This document shows, piece by piece, positions 1 to 43,300 of a stretch of 64,000 bases of DNA. The notes below the pieces were generated by a model. That model was not told the DNA's origin and did no database searches. It worked only from the letters and a program-made list of their open reading frames with translations. Numbering within the stretch: the stretch's first letter is position 1; each line of letters begins with the position of its first letter. This DNA comes from Camelus dromedarius (lineage: Eukaryota): NCBI RefSeq assembly GCF_036321535.1, contig NC_087447.1, positions 41,542,001-41,606,000 of the forward strand, read 5' to 3'. The position numbers were made by a program, and so were the translations under genes.

Positions 1-960
1 TTTAGTTTTCACCTCTAGAAGTTTGATTTGAGTTTAATATCTTCCACGTATTTGCTAAATATATTTGGTCTTTCCTCTAGTTTTAATACTTGGAATACAG
101 TTATCATAACCTTTAATTTTCTTGCTGTTAATTCTATCTGTGTCAGTTCTGGGTTAGTTTTGATTGATTTTTTTCTCTTTATTTTGGGTTGCATTTTTCT
201 GCTTCTTAGTAGTTCTTAATTGAGTGCCAGATATTGTGATTTTTTTTTTTTTACCTTTTGGGTATAGGACATTTTTGTATTCTTATAAAGCATTCTTGAG
301 CTTTGTCCTGGAATATAGTTACTTGGAAACAGTTTGATTCTTTTGAGTCTTGCTTTTATGGTTTGTTAGGCAGGACCAGAGCGATGTTTACAGCTAATTT
401 GCCCCACCTAATGAGGCAAGCCTCCAGAATCCTCTACTCAATGCTCCATGATTTACGAGGTTTTCCAGTGTGGCTGGTGGGAACAGGTAATGTCCAGGCC
501 CTATGTGAGCTTTGGATACTGGCCTCTCAGATCCTTTTGGGTTGTTCCTCAGCCCCAAGTAGTTTCCTCACATGTACACACTGATCATTACTCTCCCGAA
601 TATACTTTATGGGGACCTTCAGTAGACTCCAGGATTCTCCTCGTGTGTAGCTTTCTCCTCTCCAGTACTCTGCCCTAGCTGCCTTGGCTTCCCGAGATTC
701 TCAGCTCTGTCTCGTCAAGTCAGGGAGCCTGCCAGGCTCCGTCTAGGTTTCCCCTACGTGCTTTGCCGCCTGGAAGCTCTCGAGGCAGTAAGCTGGGGCA
801 GTTATAGGGCTCACCTTCTTTTGCTCCTCATCCCTCAGGGGTTGTAAATCCTTTGTCGTTTTGTGTCTAGTGTTGAAAACCGTTGTTGCATGTATTTTGT
901 CCTGTGTTTTAGTTGTTTTAAGTGGGAAGATAAATTTGGTCCCTGTTGGCCAGAAGCCGA
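1..960 (-). mobile_element. Old L1 fragment in the last RNF141 intron
   Basis: Decayed T-rich antisense L1M-like sequence; family not resolved. Confidence 0.45.
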
Positions 961-1798
961 TGCTGACTGTTTTAAAACTGTGATTTTTATGCACAGAAAA
1001 GCCCATAAAGTTATCTTGAAAAATATCTCTGAGGAACCAGAATAATACATGTCAAATCTACTTTCCTATTTAATTTTTGGAACAGATTTCTAAATTTTTG
1101 CACAAAAGCCAAAGAGCAATTGATATAATTTAATTACTTTGCTCTCTGACTTCACTGAGAGATGAAGAGAAAATCATTTTCCCTGTATGACATTGTTCTG
1201 GATCAAATAAGTTATTTTTGAAATTTCTAAAATAATGTTTGACAAGACCAAAAATACCTTTGGAAAATGTAATTTTGTTAAAGTGATCATAAATAAGTTT
1301 TTCCTCCTCCCAAAGTTATTCTTCATGTAAAGTTTGTGTGTGTTTGTTTTTTTAAGCCTTGAATGCTTTCATTCCATTATTTATAGCAGCAACAAGCTAA
1401 GGAAAAACCTAAAAATCCTTCTGTGTGAATCTGGTTAAATGAATTATAGCCTATCCATACAGTGTATGTTTAAAAAGAATAGACAGTTCTAACCAGTGCT
1501 GATACAAAATAGCCCACAAGATACATTAACAGGTGAAAAGAGCAGTGATGTATATATTACACACAAGCTTGGTCATGCTTAATCTAGCTCTAGAAGAATG
1601 TATAAGAAACTGGTAACAGTGGTTGCCTCTGGGGATAAAAATTAAAGATTGGGATAGGAGGGAGAGAGAGGTTTTCACTGTGTACTTCTATGCTGTTTAT
1701 TTAAAAAAAACCACGTACATGTATTACATTTCGAATCCTTTTTTTTTAAATAAGAAGGAAAAGAGAACAAACTTTTCTTTATTTGACTTCTCTAATAG

Positions 1799-1949
1799 GA
1801 GTGATCGACACAGGAATTGCCCTATTTGTCGCCTACAGATGACTGGAGCAAATGAGTCTTGGGTGGTGTCAGACGCACCCACAGAAGATGACATGGCTAA
1901 CTATATTCTTAACATGGCTGATGAGGCAGGCCAGCCCCACAGGCCATGA
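1799..1949 (+). CDS. RNF141: RING finger protein 141, last coding exon (end of RING domain and C-terminus)
   Basis: Pyrimidine tract plus AG acceptor at 1797-1798. Reads (W)[52 protein letters not shown], matching the recalled RNF141 C-terminus. Tail-to-tail with AMPD3, as in human. Confidence 0.95.
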
Positions 1950-3605
1950 CTTTGGGGTGAAGTGTTTCTATTAGGGGCTACAAACACTCCGGTCATGGGG
2001 GAAGGATGCAAGGTTGTTGTGGTGCAGACACCGAGAAATCAGTTTTTCCCACCCTCTTATTTTTGCTATTCTGACAATTTATCCCATTTCTTTTGACAGA
2101 CTTTCCATGTCTTCCATTTATGGTAAACTAAAATTTGCTACTGTTTTAGGTCAGATTTTCCTGTTATTTACCTGTTCTAATGAATATTAGAACTAATATA
2201 TTAGTTTGCTAATCCTTTGCTGGGGTTACAGCAGCATTTCCAGGGGCTTCTAAAACAACTACTACTTTTCAGGGCAAGAGTAATCTGGAATCTATTCAGT
2301 TAGGTCTAAAATAAACCTTGAATGTTAAAAAGTTGTAGCCATATGAGAGAAAATCTTAAATGACTGAAAATGTAGAATATATCAAAGTGCATGTTACTAC
2401 TTAAATTAGTCTTTCTGCTGGAATCTAAGGAGTATGTATGCCCCCTTGTGGTTAACTATTGCTCCTTTAATAATTTTTACTTGAAATGATCCAGTTATTT
2501 CCTAACTTTAGTGGTGTGTTTTGGAACTACATGGGGGTTTTTTTGTTGTTTTTCTTTTTTTTTTTTTTTTTTACCTAAAAGTCTTTTTTTTCCCTCATGC
2601 TTTATAATTTGGGTGAGGACTGTAAATTTGGGCATGGCTTTGCCTTGTAAATGGATTTCTTCTGGGGAGTCTTCTTGGCTATTCTGGAAATGCTTTCCCA
2701 AGCTGGGAAACTTCTAAGTAGCTTTTGATAATACTTATGCATCTTGGAGTTTCAGATGGAAGTTTTCCTTCATCACAGATCCTGTTTTATATTTCTAAAT
2801 TATGAAAAATCATTCAATATTGGTTTATGGTGCTTTAATTTTTTAACTTGAAGGCATCTTTCTGAGGTTCCCAAGTCTTCAAATTTCTTAGATTAAGAGA
2901 GAAGAAAATAGGGTGTAGCTTTTTAATCATATTTATACACAAAGCACCTCTGAAAATTAGGTGATAGTTTGACTTTGTTTCAGTGTACCTTATTTGAAAA
3001 TACCCTGAAAGAGTACAGTCATAATGGAATTATGATGTTCAGTGGCACTTGAACCATTTTTGAAAAATTTTGCTCCTAAAGTAAAATTTTTGTTTTATGC
3101 TAAACATGAACATTTCAGCATACAATAAATTAGGGCCTGATGTCTTCTTTAAAAAGTATGTTCACATTCCATGTAACTTTTCTGATTTATTGGTAAATTG
3201 CAAATATTACTATTTTCTGAAGTACCAAAGTACACAATTTAAGTTGCTGCTTATTGACAGCAGAATTTTCAAGTACTAGGATTTTAATAGGCATGCAAAT
3301 TAAGTAATTCATTTCTAGGAAAAATGTCTGACCAAAGGTAGCTTGATTTTACCCCCAAAATACTGATAACTGGTTGACATTCATGATGGGAGCAGCTCAG
3401 TGCCAAGTAGCTAAACACTTGCTCTGGATGTTTACGAAGTAGAGCACTGGGGATGCTACCCTGTCAACCTGGCAATGCACTTGATGGTTGTGTGACCTTG
3501 AGAAAGTCCCTTCCTCTGGTTCATAGATTCCTACTTCATTTTCACACTTCCTTTTAACAGTAGAACCTTTTTGCCCCCCAAGTAAAAATCTTACTCAGAA
3601 CCCCT

Positions 3606-3652
<47 letters not shown>

Positions 3653-4925
3653 CTACCCCACTATATAAAAGTCATTTTATTGATATAAATTCCCTTATAC
3701 AAACTTTAAATACCATAACTAAATATTATAAAGTCAACCAATGAAAATATGTATTAATGCAGTGGTGGTACCCAGTTTATTGGAATTTGGTGAGTAACAC
3801 AGTTGTATGATGGGACTTGTTTTTTAAGTTTTTTAAAAAAAATTAAATTCGTGTCAAATTTGCATAATCTCCTCCTTGGATTCTTAGTACTCTGTGGAAT
3901 TTATTTTGAAAACCTTGAGATGATCCTCTGAGATCTTTTCCAGCTCTAAGAGTTTAAACTATCTTTTTGGATTAGACTTGCTGAGTCTAATTCAGATTGC
4001 CTAATTTAAGAATGTTTCTGAAAACAAAGTTGCTTATAGATTTTTGGTTCTTTCCAGATATAGCCAATGATTTTATCCCCCAGAATCCTTCACCCTTCAA
4101 TTCTTTAACAGTGAGCCCGGTGACTTGATATTGCCCAGACCTTTCTATTTTCCAGTATGAGCTCCAAGACACTAACTGATCTACTGTGAAATATGTTTTT
4201 ATTAGCCTTATCAAGTAAATGAGCATAGTTTTTTGCTCACTCCATTAAACTGGGTGGTAATTCTTTAGATGTGAATGTTAGGTAGGTTCTACTGTAATAA
4301 CTAACTGTAAAAGTTGTAAGTTTGTTTAATGGCTGAAATGTATACTTTTTGTATTCTGTACAGCTTGTCTTTTTTAAATTTGAAGTACTTAAATGCACTT
4401 ACTATGATAGGAAATATGTGTGCCTTCTAGGATTTATGAAGTGGTTTCATGAACTCTTAAGAAATTTGTTTTATAAGTTATTAAGTTTCCCTATCCTAAC
4501 TCAATAACATAGAGTTTGCTTATAATACCGTAGAAGTTTAGTTTAAGAAAATGGTTTTAACTATGTACTGAATTTAGAAGTAGAGAAGAATAGTATCTGT
4601 TTTATTCTTAGGGGAAACTGGCATATTGTGCAATAAGTAATCTTTAGCAAGTAAATTTTAGCTAATTGAAGAGATTTTCTTATACCATGTAGTTTCATAT
4701 TCTTATATTACTAAGTGTTTATATTCCTTAGAGGACTATTTTGTATTGTGCTCTGGAGAGTTGTGATGTTTTTGTGCTGTTTTAAAATTCACTTCAAATT
4801 AGACTCAATTTCCTTATACCTAATATATATATCTGGTTAATAAGACTGCTTGAAAATATCTTTTGGTTCAGTGATTTTTAACATTGAGAAGTTGGATTCA
4901 TTAAATACAATCTTAAGAATTTGCA
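1950..4925 (+). other. RNF141: RNF141 3' UTR (end approximate)
   Basis: AT-rich sequence after the stop. Candidate poly(A) signals: AATAAA 2310-2315 and 3124-3129, ATTAAA 4244-4249 and 4900-4905 (last one followed by a T-rich tract). Confidence 0.55.
3609..3648. repeat. (CA)20 microsatellite in the RNF141 3' region
   Basis: Direct reading. Confidence 0.95.
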
Positions 4926-6275
4926 TTTTTAACTGTTTTTTTCTTAAGTCAAGCTTTCTTGGTCTCTCTAGGAATAAGAAAGCTACTTGGAGATAAGGGA
5001 AATCACCTGATCACCCACATTTATAATGGGCAACACAATGACAATATGATATAAACAGTAACAGACTTTAATTTGTTTTCATGTCTTTTACCCCTATTTG
5101 ACAGTAATTGATAAGTTACTTCAGCCTATGGTGGTTTTGATAGTTACAATTTTCTAAGATAAAAGAATGTAAGTAGAGACACAGGTTAGAATCACAGTGC
5201 TGAGAAGTAGAAAGCCATTTATAAGGAGTAGCTGTTTAACTGATGGAGAAGTACACATTTTGGTATCAAAGGCTTTATAAAAGCCCCCTCAGATATATTT
5301 TGATAATCTTGCAGCTGCTTGTAATCTCACTGGTATCCCTTATCTTTCTAATCAACTATTTATTTAGAATTGGAAGGTATAAAATTTTCCAAGGAACTAT
5401 GTCTGTTTAGTGTTTTTATTACAGTCAGTTTTATGCTTGTTCTATTTTGTAATGGTCATTGTTTAGGTAGAGAATACTTAGGTCTATTACCAACATACCG
5501 CCTTCAGTTGTGTCTGCAAGCCCAGAAAAAGATGAATATCATTTCACCAACACAGCACTCGGACACAAGAAAGAGAAAACCAGAGGGATATGCTTTCAAC
5601 TCTGCTTTATCCAAGGTAAGAGAAAGTAAAGGCCCAGGATAGGCCTTGGTGAATATCAGCTTAGGAGGTGTGGTTTGTTTTCATGAGGCAGTGAACTGTA
5701 ACATTGATCATTTCAGCAGTGCAGTTTGGAGTAATATATAACGTGCACTTGAGCCTTTTAGAGTAAGCAAGGAGATAACATGCCTCAAAAATTGTTCTTT
5801 TAGAAATGTGGACTAGTGTACTATTGGCTTTGATTCCAGTTGTGATCACAAAAGAAAATAGAGCTTCACCCATACAGGGCAATTAGGTACAATGATGTAA
5901 TAGTGCAAAATGCTATACAAAAAGGTGGCTGAAAAGCCTTCAGGACAGATAAAATCCAACAGGTGTGTCTGAACAGACAGATGTTATATGCGGGGTAAAG
6001 GAAATGACCTTGTGTGGCTTTGCTCATGAACCGTAACAGCAAAAGTTAGAGAGAAAGAGCAAAGGTTTACCCTTCTGGGTCTAGTGAGCTTCAGTTCAAA
6101 ATTTGAGTTTTCCTAGTTGAGTGTCATCCATGTCTGAGTCTTAGTAAAAGATAAATTAATAGTTATTATTGATAGCTTTTCATGATGCCTATCTTAAAGT
6201 TAAAAAATTTAAAGATTTGCCTTAAAATAGTATCAGCTTAAAATAGTATTAAATTGAGCCACAGTCCTAACAGAC

Positions 6276-6281
6276 TTTATT
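6276..6281 (-). terminator. AMPD3: Probable AMPD3 poly(A) signal (3' UTR about 1.65 kb)
   Basis: AATAAA on the minus strand followed by T-rich downstream sequence. Other minus-strand AATAAA at 6463-6468 and 6722-6727 (the latter within an L2 remnant). Confidence 0.65.
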
Positions 6282-7908
6282 CAATAATTACTTGATACAG
6301 GTAAAATGACAATGAAAAACTGTACGATACTTGCTATGTTAGGGCAAATGTATACAAATGGGAGCTTTTCAAAAATAATGAATGCCTAAGGTAAGTGCTT
6401 AGTTTTCATTCAATTTCATAATTAGCTATAAGATAGCATGTTTGCCTAGTAAATAGACTACGTTTATTGTTCCAAATGCTAAGTTGACCAGTAGAGGGGA
6501 CAAGCGTTATAAAGTAACAAGACAAGACAATCTGAAGTCAAGTAAGCATTTTCACAGACAAAAATGGGGTTCTTCGAACTCTGTAACGATTTAGAAGGGC
6601 TTCCCAGAGTCTGCATTTTCCCACAGTCTACACAGACAAGGAAAGTCCTTGCTGAGTACTAGGAGCACAATCCTTAAAAAGGTGCCAGAGGAGGAAATTC
6701 ATTCAAGTTATTTAATATACATTTATTGAGCACCTACTATGTACCAGGCACTAGTAACAGATGAAGAATATGTTGGTAAAGCTTAAATTCAGAGTGGTCT
6801 TAAAAAAATGTTTTCTACCTGGCCCCTGGGATGGCTTGTATTTTCTGAAGAAGTCTGTGTATTAGGTAAAGGAGGGATTTCACCTTCGGGGAAAAAATGC
6901 CCCAGGTTGCAGGGATTACAAAATCTAGATTTGTGAGGCCTGATGGAATAGTGGGAAGGACTGGATTAGGATTGGAGAAACCTAGTTCTAGTCCTATTAC
7001 TTACTAGAACTGTGTGACCTTAAGCAAATTTCACTTCTCTGGCCCTAACTCCTCATAGGTAAAGTGATAATCTGGCTACAGTCATAGAATATTCAAGCCA
7101 AAAGGAATAGAGATCTAGTCCTATACTTCCCAAAAAGTCCTTAATTCAAATGTAAATACGTAGAAGTCCCCATTTAAAGCTAATGATGAAAGCGGAGTTG
7201 CCTTGAAGCAGTAAAAGCAGTGCCCCCCTCCCCCTGCCCACCCCTGCCCAGAAATGGTCAGGGAGGGGAAAAACCACCCACCTAGTCCAAACCCTCACTT
7301 TTCAAATGCGGAAACCAAGACACTGAACAGGAGTGATTGTGTCAATGTGAACATTCGGTTTCCTAAATAGAAAGGGAGGAGGGCTAAATAAAAGTTTTTT
7401 AAATTCATTAAAAATGCAAATTATCAAGAAGGAAGTTTTCTAATTCAAAGTAGCTCTTTTATGAAAAGGAGCTCTGAAATAGATTTTAAGGCAGCCAGCC
7501 TGTCAGAGGCTGAAATGAACAATTACAACTAGCCTGCAGGGTCTACAGAGGACTACAGCAGAAAACCACACAGACTGCATGTCACTGGGCACTGGACCAT
7601 GTAAGATCCTGGCCCTAATGCAAGCATTAGCACTTTCAAGAGAAGTATTTGGAAAATTAGGAATGAGTACAGACGAGTGTCCAGCTCCCAGATCCCCATG
7701 GAGGAGTCACCATCTATTACTCAAAAAAATTAAGAAAAGTGGGCATATGAGGCCTTAAAGTGAACAGTGCAACCAAAATCACTAGTTTGAAAGTTCAGAG
7801 GCATCCTCTCCTTGGAGGAAAAGTCCTCATTTGGTACCTTGACCCACTGTTAATCACAGCAGACTTGAAATTAAACCAACAGGTTAAAATGCACATCCAG
7901 TGCTCGAC

Positions 7909-38382
<30,474 letters not shown>

Positions 38383-41300
38383 TCACCAGTGCGGGGCAGG
38401 AGAAGGTACCAAAATCAGGGCCCGGCACCCCAGTTCTGGGGGTCAGCTGTCTACTCAGGAATTCCCCAGAATGAACCCAGCATGCCAATTTTTAAAACTA
38501 CCTCAGTAAGTAACTGGATGTGAAGGGTGGAGGCCCACTTACATTTCATGAAAAAGCAAATGTTCAGAAGTAAAAAAATGAACTGCCCAACCAAGTGGGC
38601 TTCTGTCTTCCCAAACCCGGGAATCCTCAGCACACCGCAGCCCCTCCCTTCCCGACTTGGTTTCTGTGACACAGGAGGGGGAGGAGAGTTCATGACCCCT
38701 CCCGCAGACGGTGAGGAGGCCATGCCAGGTGCTACAACGACCAAACCGGCTCCCCAGTGCACAGGGGGGAGACCAAAGCCCAAAGGGTTTAATGATTTGA
38801 GTAGGGTCCCACAAGATGGTAGCAGAGCCCTGGGGAATCCACAGCTACAGTCCTCGCCACAGAAAATGAGGCCTTTTGCTGAAAAGAAATCACAGTTCCA
38901 CCATCTCCCAAACCCTCTGGAACTTCTAACAAGACAGCAAATAAACTGAGGTTCTGAGCACAGGGATCCTCTTTACCTCTCACAGCCCAGCTGAAAAGGC
39001 ACTTCCTCCAAGAAGCCTGCCCTCATCCTCCTCTGCACACCGGCTGCTCACTGTCAGGAGCTGGCCTCCGCCACTGGTTGGTATCTTTCTCTTCTGCCTT
39101 TGCTTTCTGCCTCTCTTTGAGCACTTACATAGCATGTATTAAGCATGCTCTGCCTAGCCCTTTATTCTTGCTCAGTTAATCCTATTATTCCCATCTTACA
39201 GAAGAGAAAATGAAGGCACAGAAAGCTAACTTACCCACTTCTAATAAGTGGGCAGAGACTTGTGCTGTTGTCGGCTTCTGGCTCCCGTCCCTTTCCTCTC
39301 CGATGGTCTGCTCAGGAGTTAGAACACGGGCACCGTGTCCTCTGAACCACTACATCGTGCTGCTTCTCTCTGCCCATCTGGGGGTCAGGTCAGGTCTCCG
39401 CACTGTCCCAGCATTATATTTAAGGAATGGATGAATACTGCATCCTTTCCATGAGCCATCTTCACCAGGAGGAGCTCCGAAAGAGGCATTTTTATATCCA
39501 TCCATGACCACAGTTTCTTTAAGGAGGGTTTAAAGAGAGATGTGGTTTTGCAGCCCAACAGATGAGGATGAAGGTGAGACAGTGCCCTGTGCCGTATGGC
39601 AGGGGGAGGAAGCGATCACAGAGGAGGAGGGACTCGGTGGGCAACCCTCGTTCCCTACACCTCATAATGTTCTCATCTGTGAGATAAAGGGACTGGACTA
39701 GGTGGTCCCCAAGGCCCTCTCAGTCCGAAGTGCCATACTTCTAGGTGCCAGAGAGCTTTCTGGAGCCCAGGGAGGCTTGCTGCTCTGGTCTTCTCTGCAG
39801 CACGTGGGTCTAACTCAGGACACAGACAGGAAAGAGGAAAGCAGGCTAGTAACGGGCAGGCAAAATACATGCCTCTAGACTGCGAAACCCATTTCCTCCT
39901 TCCCTGCACCTCCAGGGCCAGGCCTTTCCTGGGCCTCTCTCACCCTCGGCGCTCGAGTGGGAGGGAGCAGGGAGGGGAGAGGTGGGAGGGGAGAGGCAGC
40001 CGGGCCTGCAACTGTGCAACCGTGCTGGGCTGTGGCCACAGAGACCAAGACGGCAAGGGCCCGTCCTGCAAAGGATAAAGAGGAACAGATGACTGTGGAG
40101 ATTCCACGACCTGATAACAGAGAAAAGGGGGAAGCTGGAAACCATCAGGACAGAGGCCGGAGAGGAAGGTGACAGGAGGGAGAAATGGAGAGAAGGACAA
40201 AGAACCAGACCCAGGAGGAGCTGTGAGGGGAGAACAAAGCTGGACCAGCCCCCCATCTCTAAGGCCACGGTCAGGTGCAGCATTCCAGAACCTCACATGG
40301 CATCTCAGAAGCAGTCGTCCAACAGGCCCCAGGCAAGGGGCAGCAGATGCTAGAGAAGCACCCAAGCACCTGACAGGGTGCACCCACTTACAGAAATTGC
40401 TTCTACGAAAAGAATCTGAAGAAAGAAAAAGCACAAAGATGTTTACCTGCACTCTTTATATAAATAGCTTAAAAATGTCCAAAAGAGAGCAGACTCACTT
40501 GATAAAAAAAATTAAGTAACCAACGTTATAATTGTAAGGATGGTGCAATCACATGAAAAATAACTTGTGAAGTAAAAGTAAATGAAAAAATTAATCCATG
40601 AAACTGTACCCATGCTTTGATTACAATGATATGAAAATGCAGTCCCTGGACCAGGGCTGCAAGAGAGACACACACTCAGATCATCACACTGCAGGACTGC
40701 CTGTGTGAGGCGGTATCTGACGTTGATCACTGATACTAATATAATGTCATTTTCACAAAAACAAAGAAGATAGAAAGAAAAAGAATACATTTAAGAGTTA
40801 CAAAAAGAGAGAAAAATAGGAAAGCTAATCAAACTTCTACACCCCAGGCGTTGGCAATTCAGGTCCTATCTCCTACCTAAACCACACCAGAGAGAGGACA
40901 CAGGGAATCACACCACTGAGGTCCATCCCTGCATTAGCTCTTGCCCTGGATAAAAGCTGCCCACCACCACTTTCCTATCCTCCCAAACACACACAGGCCT
41001 GACCCAGCCACACCTCACCAGGCCCCTCTGAACAGGTGCATTCAGGGGGTCTTTTGTGTCTAAGGGCTCTTAGGTCAGATTCCGCCACATTCTTTCATGA
41101 AGCATTTTTCCCTTGCTCAAGTCAAAGAAACACTTTTCAGGATGCGTCTTCCTGTAAAAGACCTTCCTTTTTCTTTAGCTCAAATAGCTTAAATCAGCCT
41201 TTTCCAAACTGGGTCCCATTAGAAGTCAATACCTGTTGCTATGAAACAGGTCCTGTGATCAATTATTAGGGAGATGCTGCATTCCACAGCCCCTCACCCC

Positions 41301-41975
41301 AGACTCATTAGGCACATTAAAGATTCGAGGATCACAGAGTGCCATCTCCCCGTAGACCCCTTTTTCTTCAGAACCCATATGAATCTTCTCCTACTACCAA
41401 TGCCTTAAATAACTGGTGAAGACTCCGTCTCTTTACTTCGCACTGACCAAGAAGCTCTAGAGTGCTGGGCTAAGACAGTAGGCCTTCGGCCTTCAGAGCC
41501 CTCGAGACACCTGCTGTCTTCTGGAGATCCTTGGCAGACAGCTCCCCTCTGCCAACCCCTCCCTCCAGAGTTCGTCTTTTCTCAGACCCACAGACCCCTG
41601 CCAGGCCAGACATGCGGAGGAAAGCCCACCACACACACAGCAAGCCGAAGCCCCAGCTGCTTGCTCAAGCCTGGCTGTCAACCATTTGTCAGATGAAGCC
41701 CGCAGGCTTGAGAGGTTTAACTGTGAATTTACCGGCATTGGCAAGTGATAAAAGCTGAAGCTGTAGTTACATACACTATCCTCTAAGGAGCCTGGAGGAG
41801 AGGCGTCCCAAAGTTAGAAAGATAAAATGTCACCAATTTCAACAAAGAGTAACTTTTTCATGGCACCAAGGCCCCTCCGGAAAGGAAGCACAGTGCCCCT
41901 TAATTCCCTCCTTATACACATAAAGCTGTTTCTTGCTCCTGCCAGACTCCCACAGTGGGAACCCGCGACACAGAC

Positions 41976-42000
41976 CTGAGCCTGGTGCTGGACTCTCCAT
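41976..42000 (-). CDS. AMPD3: AMPD3 alternative first exon 1c, coding part (MESPAPGS, giving MESPAPGSAE-MPRQ)
   Basis: cagccATGG strong Kozak; ATG GAG AGT CCA GCA CCA GGC TCA G|gtctgt; in frame with exon 2; resembles recalled human 1c MEPGSAE. Confidence 0.75.
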
Positions 42001-42530
42001 GGCTGATCAGGAGGAGGCCACCCAGGCGATGTGCTCGGGCCAGGGGCTGCGTGTTGCCAGGGAGGCTGAGCTGAGTCAGTGTAAGTGCAGCTAGCTGGGT
42101 CCCATCTGCCACTGCTGCTGGGGTGGGAGGTCTCTGCTTTGCATATCTGAGCAGCCCGGAGCAAGAGCAGGAGGCCTGGGCTGGAAATTCTTCTGTGAGT
42201 ACGAAATGGAAGTGGAAAATTTCGGAGAGTTCTAAAGGGCCCAGGTAATGCCAGTCGTCACAGCCGCTGTGTCCAGAATGCAGCGTCCTGGCCCAGCTCA
42301 CAGCCCTCTCCAGAACAGGAGACTAAGCCACTGCTGCCCAATGCAAGAGTGCCTGCAGCCTTCCTGACCAACCACAGAAGATAAGCCACAGCCTCCCTCA
42401 AACGTCCAGACCCCTCCTGAAAGCTGAGAGTCACTGAGATACCATCACCTGTGCTGCTTCCGTTTTGAACAGCGCTTCAGGTTTGGCCTGGCCACCGGGT
42501 TCATCTCACCAAGATGATCTGTATACATAC

Positions 42531-42553
42531 ACAGACAGACAGACAGACAGACA

Positions 42554-42602
<49 letters not shown>
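42531..42602. repeat. Compound microsatellite (ACAG)6(AC)24
   Basis: Direct reading. Confidence 0.95.
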
Positions 42603-42604
<2 letters not shown>

Positions 42605-42900
42605 CCTGCCCTGGTCCTCTTGGAAGCTCCCCCTCCAAAATACAGCAACCCTCCTGAGGGCACCCCAGAGCTGGCAGGGGAAATTGTGGGCCAGCTGCCA
42701 AGACGAGCCCCTCCCCCCACCCCTAAAAGAAGGAAGGACCATGAACTGGAAAGGGGGAGGGGACATCTCAGTGCAGCAACAGGCTAGGATGGAAAGCTGG
42801 CATGCCCTGTCCCACTCCTTCCTCTCTTCCCTGAAAGGGGCTGCACATCACTGCTGGCTGGGCAGCCTGCCAGCGCCTCCATGCCCACCCACCCACTCAC

Positions 42901-43300
42901 AGCCAGGAAAGACAGGCCTCCCGCCTGACCCACCCGAGCCCACCCCCCAGCCTCCACTCCTTACTGCCAGTCACGGCTCCCACGTGGGCCTCCAGCTCTG
43001 AGAAGCCTTCCAAGAGCTGGCTGGATGGGGCCACCCCGCCGCCAGCAGCTGCCACTCTCCCTGCCTCAGGTGACCCACAGAAGCAGTTAGGGTGGATCAA
43101 AACAGCATCCCAGGGCACAAAGCTCCTTTTCTCATCTGCCCTTTAGGAGAAGGGCAGTTCTGTTAGGGAAAGCTCACAACAGACACGCGGACTCCCGGGA
43201 ACTTAGACAAACTGCGTGGGTCTGGGAAAAAACCGTGAGCCACACGGCTATTTCTGTGGTGCTGTTGAAATCCTGGGGAGAAGCGCCCAGGAAGGATGGG
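42901..43300 (-). other. AMPD3: Candidate non-coding first exon 1b of AMPD3 (5' end unknown)
   Basis: Lies between 1a and 1c as in the known order. Two candidate donors: GCA|gtaagg (exon end 42965) and GCT|gtgagt (exon end 42901). Confidence 0.45.
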
